Source of the DNA: an uncultured bacterium
Lineage (GTDB): Bacteria; Actinomycetota; Coriobacteriia; Coriobacteriales; Coriobacteriaceae
NCBI GenBank assembly: GCA_905216075.1
Contig: CAJMSO010000001.1
Span: forward strand, 1-34,923
Direction: 5' to 3'
DNA: 34,923 nt
A model generated the notes under the pieces. It searched no databases. It was not told where the DNA came from and saw only the letters and a program-made list of their open reading frames with translations. Positions 26,600-34,923 of this stretch are shown here, in pieces. The stretch's first letter is position 1, and every line of letters starts with the position of its first letter. A program made the translations under genes and the position numbers.

Positions 26600-28153
26600 A
26601 TGGCACAACGTCATCTTCCTGCACTCCTGATTATCATGGACGGCTGCGGCCTGGCTCCGGCTGATGGCGAGAACGCCGTCGCCGCTGCCAAGACGCCCTT
26701 CCTTGATGGCCTGTACGAGAAGTATCCTCACACCACGCTCGGTGCTTCGGGCGAGGACGTGGGCCTTCCCGACGGCCAGATGGGCAACTCCGAGGTGGGT
26801 CACCTCAACATCGGTGCCGGTCGCATCGTGTTCCAGGAGCTTTCGCGCATCAACAATGCCATCAAGGACGGCTCCATCGCCAAGAACGAGGTTTTCGTCA
26901 AGGCCATGGACGATGTCAAGGCTGACGGCAAGACTCTCCACCTCATGGGCCTTATGAGCCCTGGCGGCGTTCACTCCCACATGAACCACGTCGAGGCTCT
27001 GGTCAAGATGGCTGCCGAGCATGGTGTCAAGACCGTTCGCGTCCACGCCTTCATGGATGGCCGCGACGTCGACCCGCAGTCCGGTGCCGGTTACATGAGT
27101 GAGTTCTGCGCCTTCCTGGCCAAGATTTCCGAGGAGACCGGTTGCGACGCTCGCGTTGCCACCGTCTCGGGTCGTTATTGGGCGATGGACCGCGACAACC
27201 GTTGGGAGCGCATCCAGCGCGCCTACGACGTCATGGTCAACGCGTCCGATGCTGATACCGACCCCGTTGCCGGTATCAAGGCCTACTACGAGAAGGACCC
27301 GCGCGGCGACGAGTTCGTCGAGCCCTTCGCTGCCCACAACGAGGGCATCCACGAGGGCGACGCGGCTATTTTCTTCAACTTCCGTCCCGACCGCGCACGT
27401 CAGATGACCCGCGTGTTCACGGACAAGGAGTTCGACGGCTTTGAGCGCGAGCAGATCAAGCTCTCGCACTTTGTGACGATGACCGAGTACGATCCGACGT
27501 TTGACGTCGAGGTCGCCTTCCCCAAGACGTTCCCCGAGAACGTCCTGGCCGACGTCATCGCCGCCAATGGCCTGAAGCAGCTGCACACTGCCGAGACCGA
27601 GAAGTACGCCCACGTGACGTTCTTCCTCAACGGTGGCATCGAGGAGCCCAAGGAGGGCGAGGAGCGCGTGCTCGTCGCTTCCCCTAAGGTTGCTACCTAC
27701 GATCTGCAGCCCGAGATGAGCGCTCCCGAGGTTACCGAGAAGCTCGTCGCCGCCATCAACGAGGATCGCGCTGATTTCTACATCGTGAACTTCGCGAACT
27801 GCGACATGGTTGGTCACACCGGTGTTTTCGACGCTGCCGTTAAGGCTGTCGAGGCTGTTGACGATGCCCTGTCCAAGGTTGTCCCGGCGATTCTCGCCAA
27901 GGGCGGCTTTGCGCTGATTACCGCCGACCACGGCAACGCCGATCACATGTTTGACGTTGCTTCCGACGGTTCCAAGCATCCGTTTACGGCTCACACCACC
28001 AACCGCGTGCCGTTCATCATCGTTGATGAGAAGGCCAAGCTCACCGGTATCGAGGACGGCCGTCTTTCCGATATCGCTCCGACCATGCTCACCATGGCTG
28101 GTATTGAGCCTTCCGCCGAGATGACGGGCCGCGTGCTCGCCACCGAGGCCTAA
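26600..28153 (+). CDS. gpmI: 2,3-bisphosphoglycerate-independent phosphoglycerate mutase
   Basis: GQMGNSEVGH, GGVHSH, DGRD, GRYWAMDRD, ETEKYAHVTFF, DMVGHTG, ADHGN. Confidence 0.98.
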   Translation: MAQRHLPALLIIMDGCGLAPADGENAVAAAKTPFLDGLYEKYPHTTLGASGEDVGLPDGQMGNSEVGHLNIGAGRIVFQELSRINNAIKDGSIAKNEVFVKAMDDVKADGKTLHLMGLMSPGGVHSHMNHVEALVKMAAEHGVKTVRVHAFMDGRDVDPQSGAGYMSEFCAFLAKISEETGCDARVATVSGRYWAMDRDNRWERIQRAYDVMVNASDADTDPVAGIKAYYEKDPRGDEFVEPFAAHNEGIHEGDAAIFFNFRPDRARQMTRVFTDKEFDGFEREQIKLSHFVTMTEYDPTFDVEVAFPKTFPENVLADVIAANGLKQLHTAETEKYAHVTFFLNGGIEEPKEGEERVLVASPKVATYDLQPEMSAPEVTEKLVAAINEDRADFYIVNFANCDMVGHTGVFDAAVKAVEAVDDALSKVVPAILAKGGFALITADHGNADHMFDVASDGSKHPFTAHTTNRVPFIIVDEKAKLTGIEDGRLSDIAPTMLTMAGIEPSAEMTGRVLATEA

Positions 28154-28178
28154 TAGAAAACAAATACCGTTTTCTAGT

Positions 28179-28214
28179 AAGGGGGTTGTCCACAACCGGA
28201 CAACCCCCTTTTTT
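28179..28214 (+). terminator. Intrinsic terminator of the glycolytic operon
   Basis: AAGGGGGTTGTCC-ACAACC-GGACAACCCCCTT plus TTTT. Confidence 0.9.
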
Positions 28215-28318
28215 GGTATTTCTGCCATTTCCACCCCGTCCTTGAGTGGCAGGTAGGGGAGAGCGTGGGATTGTGGTACAGTACTGGAGTTTGAACTGTT
28301 CTATTAAGGAGCTTATCT

Positions 28319-28573
28319 ATGGGTCCGTTCCAGATTCTTCTGTTTGTCGTTTGGGCTGTCTCTGCCGTGGCGCTGACGATTCTCGTCCTGATGCATTCCG
28401 GTAAGGGCACCGGCGTTTCGGATATGATCGCTAGCTCGCTGTATAACTCCAGCTCTGCCACGGGCGTCATGGAGCAGAACCTCGATCGCCTGACGGTAAT
28501 TATGGCCGTTGTTTTTGCCGTGTGCGTCGTCCTGTGCATGTTCTTCTTCCCGCAGGGCATCGTCGGCTATTAA
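28319..28573 (+). CDS. secG: Preprotein translocase subunit SecG
   Basis: Two TM helices flanking VLMHSGKGTG and NLDRLT; TAAGGAG RBS; TGgTACAGT extended -10-like element at 28274-28282. Confidence 0.93.
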   Translation: MGPFQILLFVVWAVSAVALTILVLMHSGKGTGVSDMIASSLYNSSSATGVMEQNLDRLTVIMAVVFAVCVVLCMFFFPQGIVGY

Positions 28574-28598
28574 GCATCGGGGTATATACGTTTGCAAT

Positions 28599-28629
28599 GG
28601 GTCTCGCAGGTGCGGGACCCTTTTTGTTT
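28599..28629 (+). terminator. Intrinsic terminator after secG
   Basis: GGGTCTCGC-AGGT-GCGGGACCC plus TTTTTGTTT. Confidence 0.85.
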
Positions 28630-28863
28630 ACATATTTGTAACAGAGTCAAAATATCCTCATATACTTCGCCCAACTAAAGAAAATCTCGACCGTTAACCG
28701 GAATTAGCCCCAAATCGTGCATAAAATGCGCTACTATATTGCAATACGTTGGTCCGCTTTGTATAACCAGCCAAAACGGCGGACCGCGTTTGAATGGTTC
28801 GATTGGGCTGTCTTGACGTTGCCCGACCGAACTTACTTTGTCCTATCTCATAAGGAGGATGGC

Positions 28864-30540
28864 ATGGCTGATTCTATGTTCCACCAGCCCGTTATGGGTC
28901 GTCGCGCCTTTGTTGGCGGCACCCTCGCTGCGAGCTCCATGGCTTTTCTTGCCGCATGCGGCAAGAAGGGCGGCGACACTTCCGGTTCTGAGTCCGGTTC
29001 GACGCTGAACTTCTACATCAACAACCCGGTCTGCATCGACCCCTACAATGTCCAGGAGGACCAGGGCACTCAGGTCGAGTACCAGCTCTTTGACGCTCTG
29101 ACCTCTTATGACGCCGAGAAGGGCGAGATCGTTCCGCTGGCTTGCGAGTCCTTCGAGGCCAACGACGACGCCACCGAGTTCACCTTCAAGATCAAGAAGG
29201 CCAAGTTCCACAACGGTGACGACGTTACCTCCAAGTCCTTCAAGCTCGGTTGGGAGCGTCTGGTCAACACCAAGTCGGCCATCGCTACCGAGTACGGCCC
29301 TTCCGAGGTCTCCTATCACCTTTCCATGGTCGAGGGCTATGACGACCTGCTTGCCGGTAACGCTACCGAGCTCAGCGGTGTTACTTGCCCCGACGATGAG
29401 ACCCTCGTCGTCAAGCTGTCTTCCGCTTACGCCGACTTCCCCTTCGTCGCCTCTCACCCGGCTCTGGCCCCGGTTCCCGAGTGCGCCGAGTCCGATGCCA
29501 AGAGCTTCTACCTTGCACCGGTCGGTAACGGCCCGTTCATGATGGACGGCAAGTGGGAGGATGGTCAGGAGATCAACCTCAAGAAGTTCGACGATTACTA
29601 TGGCGACAAGGCCAAGATCGATGGCATCCACTTCCAGGTCATCAAGGACATGGAGACCGCTTACAAGGAGTTCCAGGCCGGTAACCTCGATGTCTGTGAC
29701 GTTCCCGTTGCTCAGATCGACGCCGCCAAGAAGGATCGCGGCGTGTCCAAGGACGGCTACACCATGGGTGACGGCGAGCGCATGCTGCTCGGCTCCGAGC
29801 CTTCCACCTACTACCTGACCTGCAACAACACGGCCGAGCCGTTCAACAACGCCGACCTGCGCAGGGGTATCTCCCTGGCCATCAACCGTGAGGCCATCTG
29901 CAAGACTATCTTCAAGGGTACCCGTACCCCCGCCGACGGCATTGTTCCTCCGGGCATCGATGGCTACAAGGAGGGCGCATGGGAGTTCTGCGCCTACGAC
30001 GTCGACAAGGCTAACGAGTACCTCGACAAGGTTGCTCCCGCTGGCGCTAACGGGGATCGTGGCATTAACGTGACCCTTTCCTACAACCAGGATGGTGGCC
30101 ACAAGGAGATCATGGAGTCCATCATCGGTGACCTCGCCAAGGTTGGCGTTACCGCTGTCTCCGATACCCCTGAGTGGTCTGCCTTGCTCGAGCAGTACCA
30201 GAACTTTAACTATCAGTTCGGTCGTCTGGGTTGGATTGCCGACTACCCGATTATGGACAACTTCCTGTATCCGCTGTTCCACTCCGACTCCCTCGGTGGC
30301 GACAACCGCTCCGGTTACAACAACCCCGAGTTCGACGCCAAGGTCAACGAGGCTCGCACCACGGTTGACGACGAAGAGCGCGTTGCTAAGATGCAGGAGG
30401 CCGACGCTATGGTCGCTGCCGACTGCCCGGTCATCCCGGTGATGTTCTACACGCACACCATCGTCGGCTCCGATCGCATCAAGCACCTCTATGTCGATCC
30501 GCAGAAGCACGCCGAGCTGGGTACCGCTGAGCTCGCCTAA
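28864..30540 (+). CDS. oppA: Oligopeptide ABC solute-binding lipoprotein
   Basis: Tat motif GRRAFVG plus lipobox LAAC; KFHNGDDVT, PVGNGPF, LRRGISLAINRE, GWIADYP. TAAGGAGG RBS. Confidence 0.9.
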   Translation: MADSMFHQPVMGRRAFVGGTLAASSMAFLAACGKKGGDTSGSESGSTLNFYINNPVCIDPYNVQEDQGTQVEYQLFDALTSYDAEKGEIVPLACESFEANDDATEFTFKIKKAKFHNGDDVTSKSFKLGWERLVNTKSAIATEYGPSEVSYHLSMVEGYDDLLAGNATELSGVTCPDDETLVVKLSSAYADFPFVASHPALAPVPECAESDAKSFYLAPVGNGPFMMDGKWEDGQEINLKKFDDYYGDKAKIDGIHFQVIKDMETAYKEFQAGNLDVCDVPVAQIDAAKKDRGVSKDGYTMGDGERMLLGSEPSTYYLTCNNTAEPFNNADLRRGISLAINREAICKTIFKGTRTPADGIVPPGIDGYKEGAWEFCAYDVDKANEYLDKVAPAGANGDRGINVTLSYNQDGGHKEIMESIIGDLAKVGVTAVSDTPEWSALLEQYQNFNYQFGRLGWIADYPIMDNFLYPLFHSDSLGGDNRSGYNNPEFDAKVNEARTTVDDEERVAKMQEADAMVAADCPVIPVMFYTHTIVGSDRIKHLYVDPQKHAELGTAELA

Positions 30541-30637
30541 GAGTTTGCAGCTTCCGTGAGGGTCAAGTATTTACGTAGACCTCATGGGAAACATACAGTT
30601 CTCCCTAACCTGGGGTAAACTGGCTGATGGTAATTTT

Positions 30638-30665
30638 GGGATGCCGGTCTGGCGATCGGCATCCC
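30638..30665 (+). other. Hairpin between oppA and oppB (mRNA stabiliser or attenuator)
   Basis: GGGATGCCGGTC-TGGC-GATCGGCATCCC; a second imperfect hairpin at 30552-30590. Confidence 0.55.
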
Positions 30666-30696
30666 ATTTAGGTTAATCCCTAGATAGGGGAGTGGT

Positions 30697-31734
30697 ATGG
30701 GTAAGTACATCGTTAAACGTGTGCTTCAGTTCATCCCGGTATTTTTGGGCGTTACGCTGATTCTGTTCGCCCTTCAGAATATCGTGCCGGGAGATCCGAT
30801 CAAGCTGATCGGTGGAGACAAGGCTCTGTCCCCCGAGGTGGAGCTTCAGCTTCGCGTCCGCTATCACCTGGTCCAGTCGGACGAGGACGGCAACGCGATC
30901 CTTGACGAGAACGGCGACCCCGTTCAAACGTCGCTCGTGGACCGTTACTTGTATTACATGAACGGCCTGCTTCATGGCGATCTGGGCAATTCGTATCAGC
31001 GCAAGCTGCCGGTTAAGGAAATCTTTGCCCAGAAGTATCCGTATACGGTCAAACTTGCCGCGTGCGCCATCGTGCTCGAGGCAATCATGGGTATCGGTGC
31101 GGGTATCATTTCGGCGGTAAAGCGTTATTCCTTCTGGGATATTTTGGTAACGCTCACCACGTCGATCCTCGTTGCGGTCCCGGCCTTCTGGCTCGGTATG
31201 TTGCTGCAGCTGTTCTTTGGCGTCATCCTCAAGGACGCTACGGGCGGTGCAATCTCCATGCCGATCTCGGGTGCCGGCGGTTCCAGCTCTCAGTATCAGG
31301 ATTGGATGCACTATGTGCTTCCGACCATTACGCTGGCTTCGGTTTCGACCGCTTATGCCGCCCGCATTATGCGCTCGCAGCTGCTTGACGTCATGAACCA
31401 GGATTACATCCGTACGGCAAAGGCCAAGGGTCTCTCCAATCGCGCGATCATCGTCAAGCATGCGCTTAAGAATGCACTCATCCCCGTCGTTACCTATATT
31501 GGTGTCGACTTTGGTGGCATGCTTTCGGGCGCCATCCTGACCGAGACGGTTTTTAACTGGCCCGGTATCGGCTATGAGGTCTATCGCGCCATTAGCATGC
31601 GTGACTGGCCCATCGTTATGGGCGGCGTTACGCTCATCGTCGTCGTCGTCATGGTGATTAACCTGCTCGTCGACATTAGCTATGCATTCCTCGACCCGCG
31701 CATCCGCCTTGGCGGTCCGTCGGATAAGGCCTAA
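30697..31734 (+). CDS. oppB: Oligopeptide ABC permease
   Basis: YIVKR, PGDP, GDLGNS, DYIRTAKAKGL, HALKNALIP, DPRIR. Confidence 0.95.
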   Translation: MGKYIVKRVLQFIPVFLGVTLILFALQNIVPGDPIKLIGGDKALSPEVELQLRVRYHLVQSDEDGNAILDENGDPVQTSLVDRYLYYMNGLLHGDLGNSYQRKLPVKEIFAQKYPYTVKLAACAIVLEAIMGIGAGIISAVKRYSFWDILVTLTTSILVAVPAFWLGMLLQLFFGVILKDATGGAISMPISGAGGSSSQYQDWMHYVLPTITLASVSTAYAARIMRSQLLDVMNQDYIRTAKAKGLSNRAIIVKHALKNALIPVVTYIGVDFGGMLSGAILTETVFNWPGIGYEVYRAISMRDWPIVMGGVTLIVVVVMVINLLVDISYAFLDPRIRLGGPSDKA

Positions 31735-31748
31735 GGGAGGTACGTCTC

Positions 31749-32684
31749 ATGCAGGAAACTGATTCTCAGTCTCAGGAGCAGGCTACCGCCACGAAGGCCG
31801 CATCTGCTCCCGCCAAGTCCCGCACGCTGTGGGGCGACGCTTTTAAGCGTCTTCGCAAGAACAAGCTCGCCGTTATCGGTGTCTGCTGGATCATCATCGT
31901 CGTTTTGGTTGCCCTGACCGCAGATCTGTGGGCTAAGCCCTGGCTCGGTTCGCCGACGGCTTCCGACTCGACCACCATGGCCGAGACGTCGCTGTTGGCT
32001 CCGTGTGCAGAGCACCCGTTTGGCACCGACGCCCTTGGTCGCGACATTCTCGTCCGCGTTATCTACGGTGCACGCGTTTCGCTGTCCGTCGGCATTATGG
32101 CCACCGCGATCTCCACGGTGATCGGCCTGGTCATGGGTGCTCTGGCCGGTTTCTACGGCGGGATCTGGGATACGATCATCATGCGCTGTGCGGACATCTT
32201 CCTGGCGTTCCCGTACGTGCTGTTCGTTGTCGCCATGATCGCCGTTATCGGCCGTGGTCTTCAGAACGTCTTTATCGCCATCGGTATTCTCGGCTGGCCT
32301 TCGATTGCGCGCGTCTTCCGATCCGCGATCCTGACGGTCAAGGAAAACGACTATGTTGACGCTGCGCGCGCGATGGGTGCATCTGATGCTCGTATCGTAG
32401 TGCGTCACATCTTCCCGAACTCCGTCGCCTCCATCGTGGTCTACGCGACCATGAACATTGGTGGCGCCATCCTGACCGAGTCTGCTCTGTCCTTCCTCGG
32501 CATGGGCGTTATTCCGCCTACGCCTTCGTGGGGCTCCATGATTCAGGACGGTCAGCAGTATCTGCTGACTGCTCCCTGGATGATGATCATGCCCGGTCTG
32601 GCAATTCTCTCGACGGTGCTCGCCTTCACCCTGCTGGGTGACGGTTTGCGCGACGCCCTCGACGTCAAGATGAAGGACGCATAA
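31749..32684 (+). CDS. oppC: Oligopeptide ABC permease
   Basis: RLRKNKLA, HPFGTDALGRD, DYVDAARAMGAS, PTPSWG, GDGLRDALD. Confidence 0.95.
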   Translation: MQETDSQSQEQATATKAASAPAKSRTLWGDAFKRLRKNKLAVIGVCWIIIVVLVALTADLWAKPWLGSPTASDSTTMAETSLLAPCAEHPFGTDALGRDILVRVIYGARVSLSVGIMATAISTVIGLVMGALAGFYGGIWDTIIMRCADIFLAFPYVLFVVAMIAVIGRGLQNVFIAIGILGWPSIARVFRSAILTVKENDYVDAARAMGASDARIVVRHIFPNSVASIVVYATMNIGGAILTESALSFLGMGVIPPTPSWGSMIQDGQQYLLTAPWMMIMPGLAILSTVLAFTLLGDGLRDALDVKMKDA

Positions 32685-32686
32685 GG

Positions 32687-33778
32687 ATGAAGAAGAACAA
32701 GAACTATGTGGACCTGAAGGACCAGCCGGTTCCCGAGGGCCAGCATCTGCTCGAGGTCGATGACCTTAAGATGTATTTCCATACCGAGGACGGCGTCGTT
32801 CGCGCTGTCGACGGTGTGTCCTACACGCTCGATCGCGGCGAGACCCTGGGTGTCGTCGGTGAGTCCGGCTCCGGTAAGTCCGTGACCGCCATGACCATCA
32901 TGGGCCTCATCTCGATGCCTCCGGGAAAGATTGAGGGCGGCGACGTTCGCTATCGCGGTCGTTCTATCCTCGAAATGACCGAGGAAGAGATGCAGCACAT
33001 TCGCGGTAACGATATCGCGATGATCTTCCAGGATCCTATGACCTCCTTGAACCCGGTCTATAAGATCGGCAAGCAGGTGGGCGAGGGCCTTCGTCTGCAC
33101 CGTGGCTACTCCAAGCAGGAGGCGCTCAAGCGCGCCACCGAGCTTTTGGACCTCGTTGGTATTCCCGAGCCCGAGAAGCGCGTCAATGAGTATCCGCACC
33201 AGTTCTCTGGCGGTATGCGTCAGCGCGTCATGATCGCTATGGCTCTTGCCTGCGATCCCGATATCCTGATTGCCGACGAGCCCACGACGGCTCTGGACGT
33301 TACCATTCAGGCTCAGATTATCGAGCTCATGCAGGAAATGCAGGAGAAGAACGGCAACGCCATCATCATGATTACCCATGACCTGGGCGTCGTCGCCGAC
33401 ATGGCCGACAAGATCATGGTTATGTACGCCGGCCGTCCCGTCGAGTTCGGTACTGCTGAGGAAATCTTCTACGAGAGCCGCCACCCCTACACCTGGGGCC
33501 TTATCCGCTCCATCCCGGAGCAGGCCATCGAAGAGAAGAAGCCGCTTACGCCGATTCACGGCAACCCGCCTTCGCTCATGAACCTGCCCGAGGGCTGCGT
33601 GTTCTCGCCTCGTTGTCCCTATGCGACCGATAAGTGCCGCAAGCAGCGCCCCGAGCGCGTTGTCACCGAGTCTGGTCATTACTCTGCGTGCCACTACTCC
33701 GGTGACCCCGAGTTTCTCAAGAACGCTCCTGAGACGTCCCGTACGCGCAAGGATTCCAAGAAGGGAGGCGAGGCGTAA
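32687..33778 (+). CDS. oppD: Oligopeptide ABC ATPase
   Basis: GESGSGKS, YPHQFSGGMRQR, DEPTTALD, C-terminal GC.FSPRC..C..C. Confidence 0.96.
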   Translation: MKKNKNYVDLKDQPVPEGQHLLEVDDLKMYFHTEDGVVRAVDGVSYTLDRGETLGVVGESGSGKSVTAMTIMGLISMPPGKIEGGDVRYRGRSILEMTEEEMQHIRGNDIAMIFQDPMTSLNPVYKIGKQVGEGLRLHRGYSKQEALKRATELLDLVGIPEPEKRVNEYPHQFSGGMRQRVMIAMALACDPDILIADEPTTALDVTIQAQIIELMQEMQEKNGNAIIMITHDLGVVADMADKIMVMYAGRPVEFGTAEEIFYESRHPYTWGLIRSIPEQAIEEKKPLTPIHGNPPSLMNLPEGCVFSPRCPYATDKCRKQRPERVVTESGHYSACHYSGDPEFLKNAPETSRTRKDSKKGGEA

Positions 33779-34806
33779 TGGCAGATACCAACGAGCGTAC
33801 TCCGTTGCTGAAGGTCGAGCACCTCTCTAAGGAGTTCCCCGCTGAGTCCGGCATGTTCGCCAAGCGTTTTTCCAAGCGTGTCGTCTCTGCTGTAAATGAC
33901 ATCTCTTTTGAGATTTATCCTGGCGAGACCTTTGGTCTGGTTGGTGAGTCTGGTTGCGGTAAGTCCACGACGGGTCGCACCATCATGCGCTTGACCAAGC
34001 CGACCGCCGGTAAGGTGTTCTTTCAGGGCAAAGATGTTGCCGAGATGAGCAAGCATGAGATCAAGGACATGCGTCGCGAGATGCAGTTTATCTTCCAGGA
34101 TCCTTATGCTTCGCTGAACCCTCGTATGACCATTGGCGAGATCGTCTCCGAGCCCATGACCATTCACGGCGTGGGCACCAAGGAGGAGCGTATTGAGCGT
34201 GTCCGCGAGCTGCTGGACGTCGTCGGTCTGAACCCCGAGCACATCAACCGCTATCCGCATGAGTTCTCGGGCGGTCAGCGTCAGCGTGTCGGCATTGCCC
34301 GCGCGTTTGCTCTGAAGCCCAAGCTGATTATCTGCGACGAGCCGGTCTCTGCACTTGATGTATCCATTCAGGCCCAGGTTCTGAACCTGCTCAAGGAACT
34401 GCAGGACAAGTTCGGTACCGCGTATCTGTTTATCGCTCACGACTTGTCCGTCGTGCAGCACATTTCCGATCGCGTTGCCGTTATGTATCTGGGTAAGATG
34501 GTTGAGGTTTCGGACTGGAAGACGCTCTATAGCGAGCCTCACCATCCGTACACGCAGTCGCTGCTGTCTGCCGTGCCGGTTCCCGATCCGGATATCCAGA
34601 AGACCCGTAAGCGCATCATCCTCGCTGGCGATCCGCCGTCACCGTTGGATCCGCCGACCGGTTGCCGTTTCCACACCCGCTGCCCGATCGCGCAGGGTAT
34701 TTGCTCTGAGAAGCTTCCCGAGTTTAAGGAAGTCGCACCGGGTCACTGCTGCGCGTGCCACTTCGCGGAGCCGTTCCCGATCAAGGAATCGCACATCGAC
34801 CTGTAG
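33778..34806 (+). CDS. oppF: Oligopeptide ABC ATPase
   Basis: [42 protein letters not shown] stop/start overlap with oppD. Confidence 0.96.
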   Translation: MADTNERTPLLKVEHLSKEFPAESGMFAKRFSKRVVSAVNDISFEIYPGETFGLVGESGCGKSTTGRTIMRLTKPTAGKVFFQGKDVAEMSKHEIKDMRREMQFIFQDPYASLNPRMTIGEIVSEPMTIHGVGTKEERIERVRELLDVVGLNPEHINRYPHEFSGGQRQRVGIARAFALKPKLIICDEPVSALDVSIQAQVLNLLKELQDKFGTAYLFIAHDLSVVQHISDRVAVMYLGKMVEVSDWKTLYSEPHHPYTQSLLSAVPVPDPDIQKTRKRIILAGDPPSPLDPPTGCRFHTRCPIAQGICSEKLPEFKEVAPGHCCACHFAEPFPIKESHIDL

Positions 34807-34861
34807 TCGGTTGTTTGTCCGGGCCCGCCCTGGCGTTGCTTTTCAGAACGTCCTCGGACAT

Positions 34862-34906
34862 GCAAGAAACCCCCGCTGCGCACTTCGTGCGGCGGGGGTT
34901 TCTTGC
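34862..34906 (+). terminator. Terminator hairpin after oppF
   Basis: GCAAGAAACCCCCGCTGC...GCGGCGGGGGTTTCTTGC long inverted repeat. Confidence 0.85.
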
Positions 34907-34923
34907 GTCCTGCGGAGTGTTCT

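Noticed and set aside
28758..28832. TATAACC...GG resembling the start of a purine riboswitch
   Set aside because: Lacks the UUUCUACC junction and the CCGUAAA loop.
28717..28863. N-terminal extensions in the ORF track (oppA; also mrp, uvrA, ybaK, nanA, gap, pgk, tpiA, rapZ)
   Set aside because: Downstream starts have clear RBSs and match the family N-termini.
1..34923. CRISPR arrays, tRNA/rRNA, IS elements, prophage or defence genes
   Set aside because: No spaced repeats, cloverleaf patterns, transposase or integrase ORFs seen; nearly all sequence is accounted for by housekeeping and catabolic genes.

Overview
GC-rich (roughly 60% by eye) bacterial chromosomal segment. Gene content, RBS style and Tat-lipoprotein solute-binding proteins suggest a gut actinobacterium of the Coriobacteriia/Collinsella type (inference). 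Layout: divergent mrp/apbC and an LTA-synthase-family gene on the minus strand. On the plus strand: uvrA-ybaK-murJ-uvrC, then a ~10.8 kb sialic-acid utilisation cluster (Opp-family ABC importer of the NanBCDF/SiaEFGI type, two tandem CE7/AXE1-like alpha/beta-hydrolases, nanA, nanK, nanE), then rapZ-whiA, gap-pgk-tpiA-gpmI, secG and a complete oppABCDF operon. No rRNA, tRNA, CRISPR or mobile element was seen. Most interesting points: (i) an esterase paired with a Ser-less pseudo-esterase inside the nan operon, a candidate non-SGNH sialate O-acetylesterase system; (ii) a three-way-junction-like inverted-repeat structure upstream of the nan operon; (iii) long hairpins in the larger nan intercistronic gaps; (iv) a shared TAAAACGTTT motif upstream of nan and gap; (v) the nan cluster interrupts the conserved uvrC-rapZ junction and yvcK/glmR is missing.
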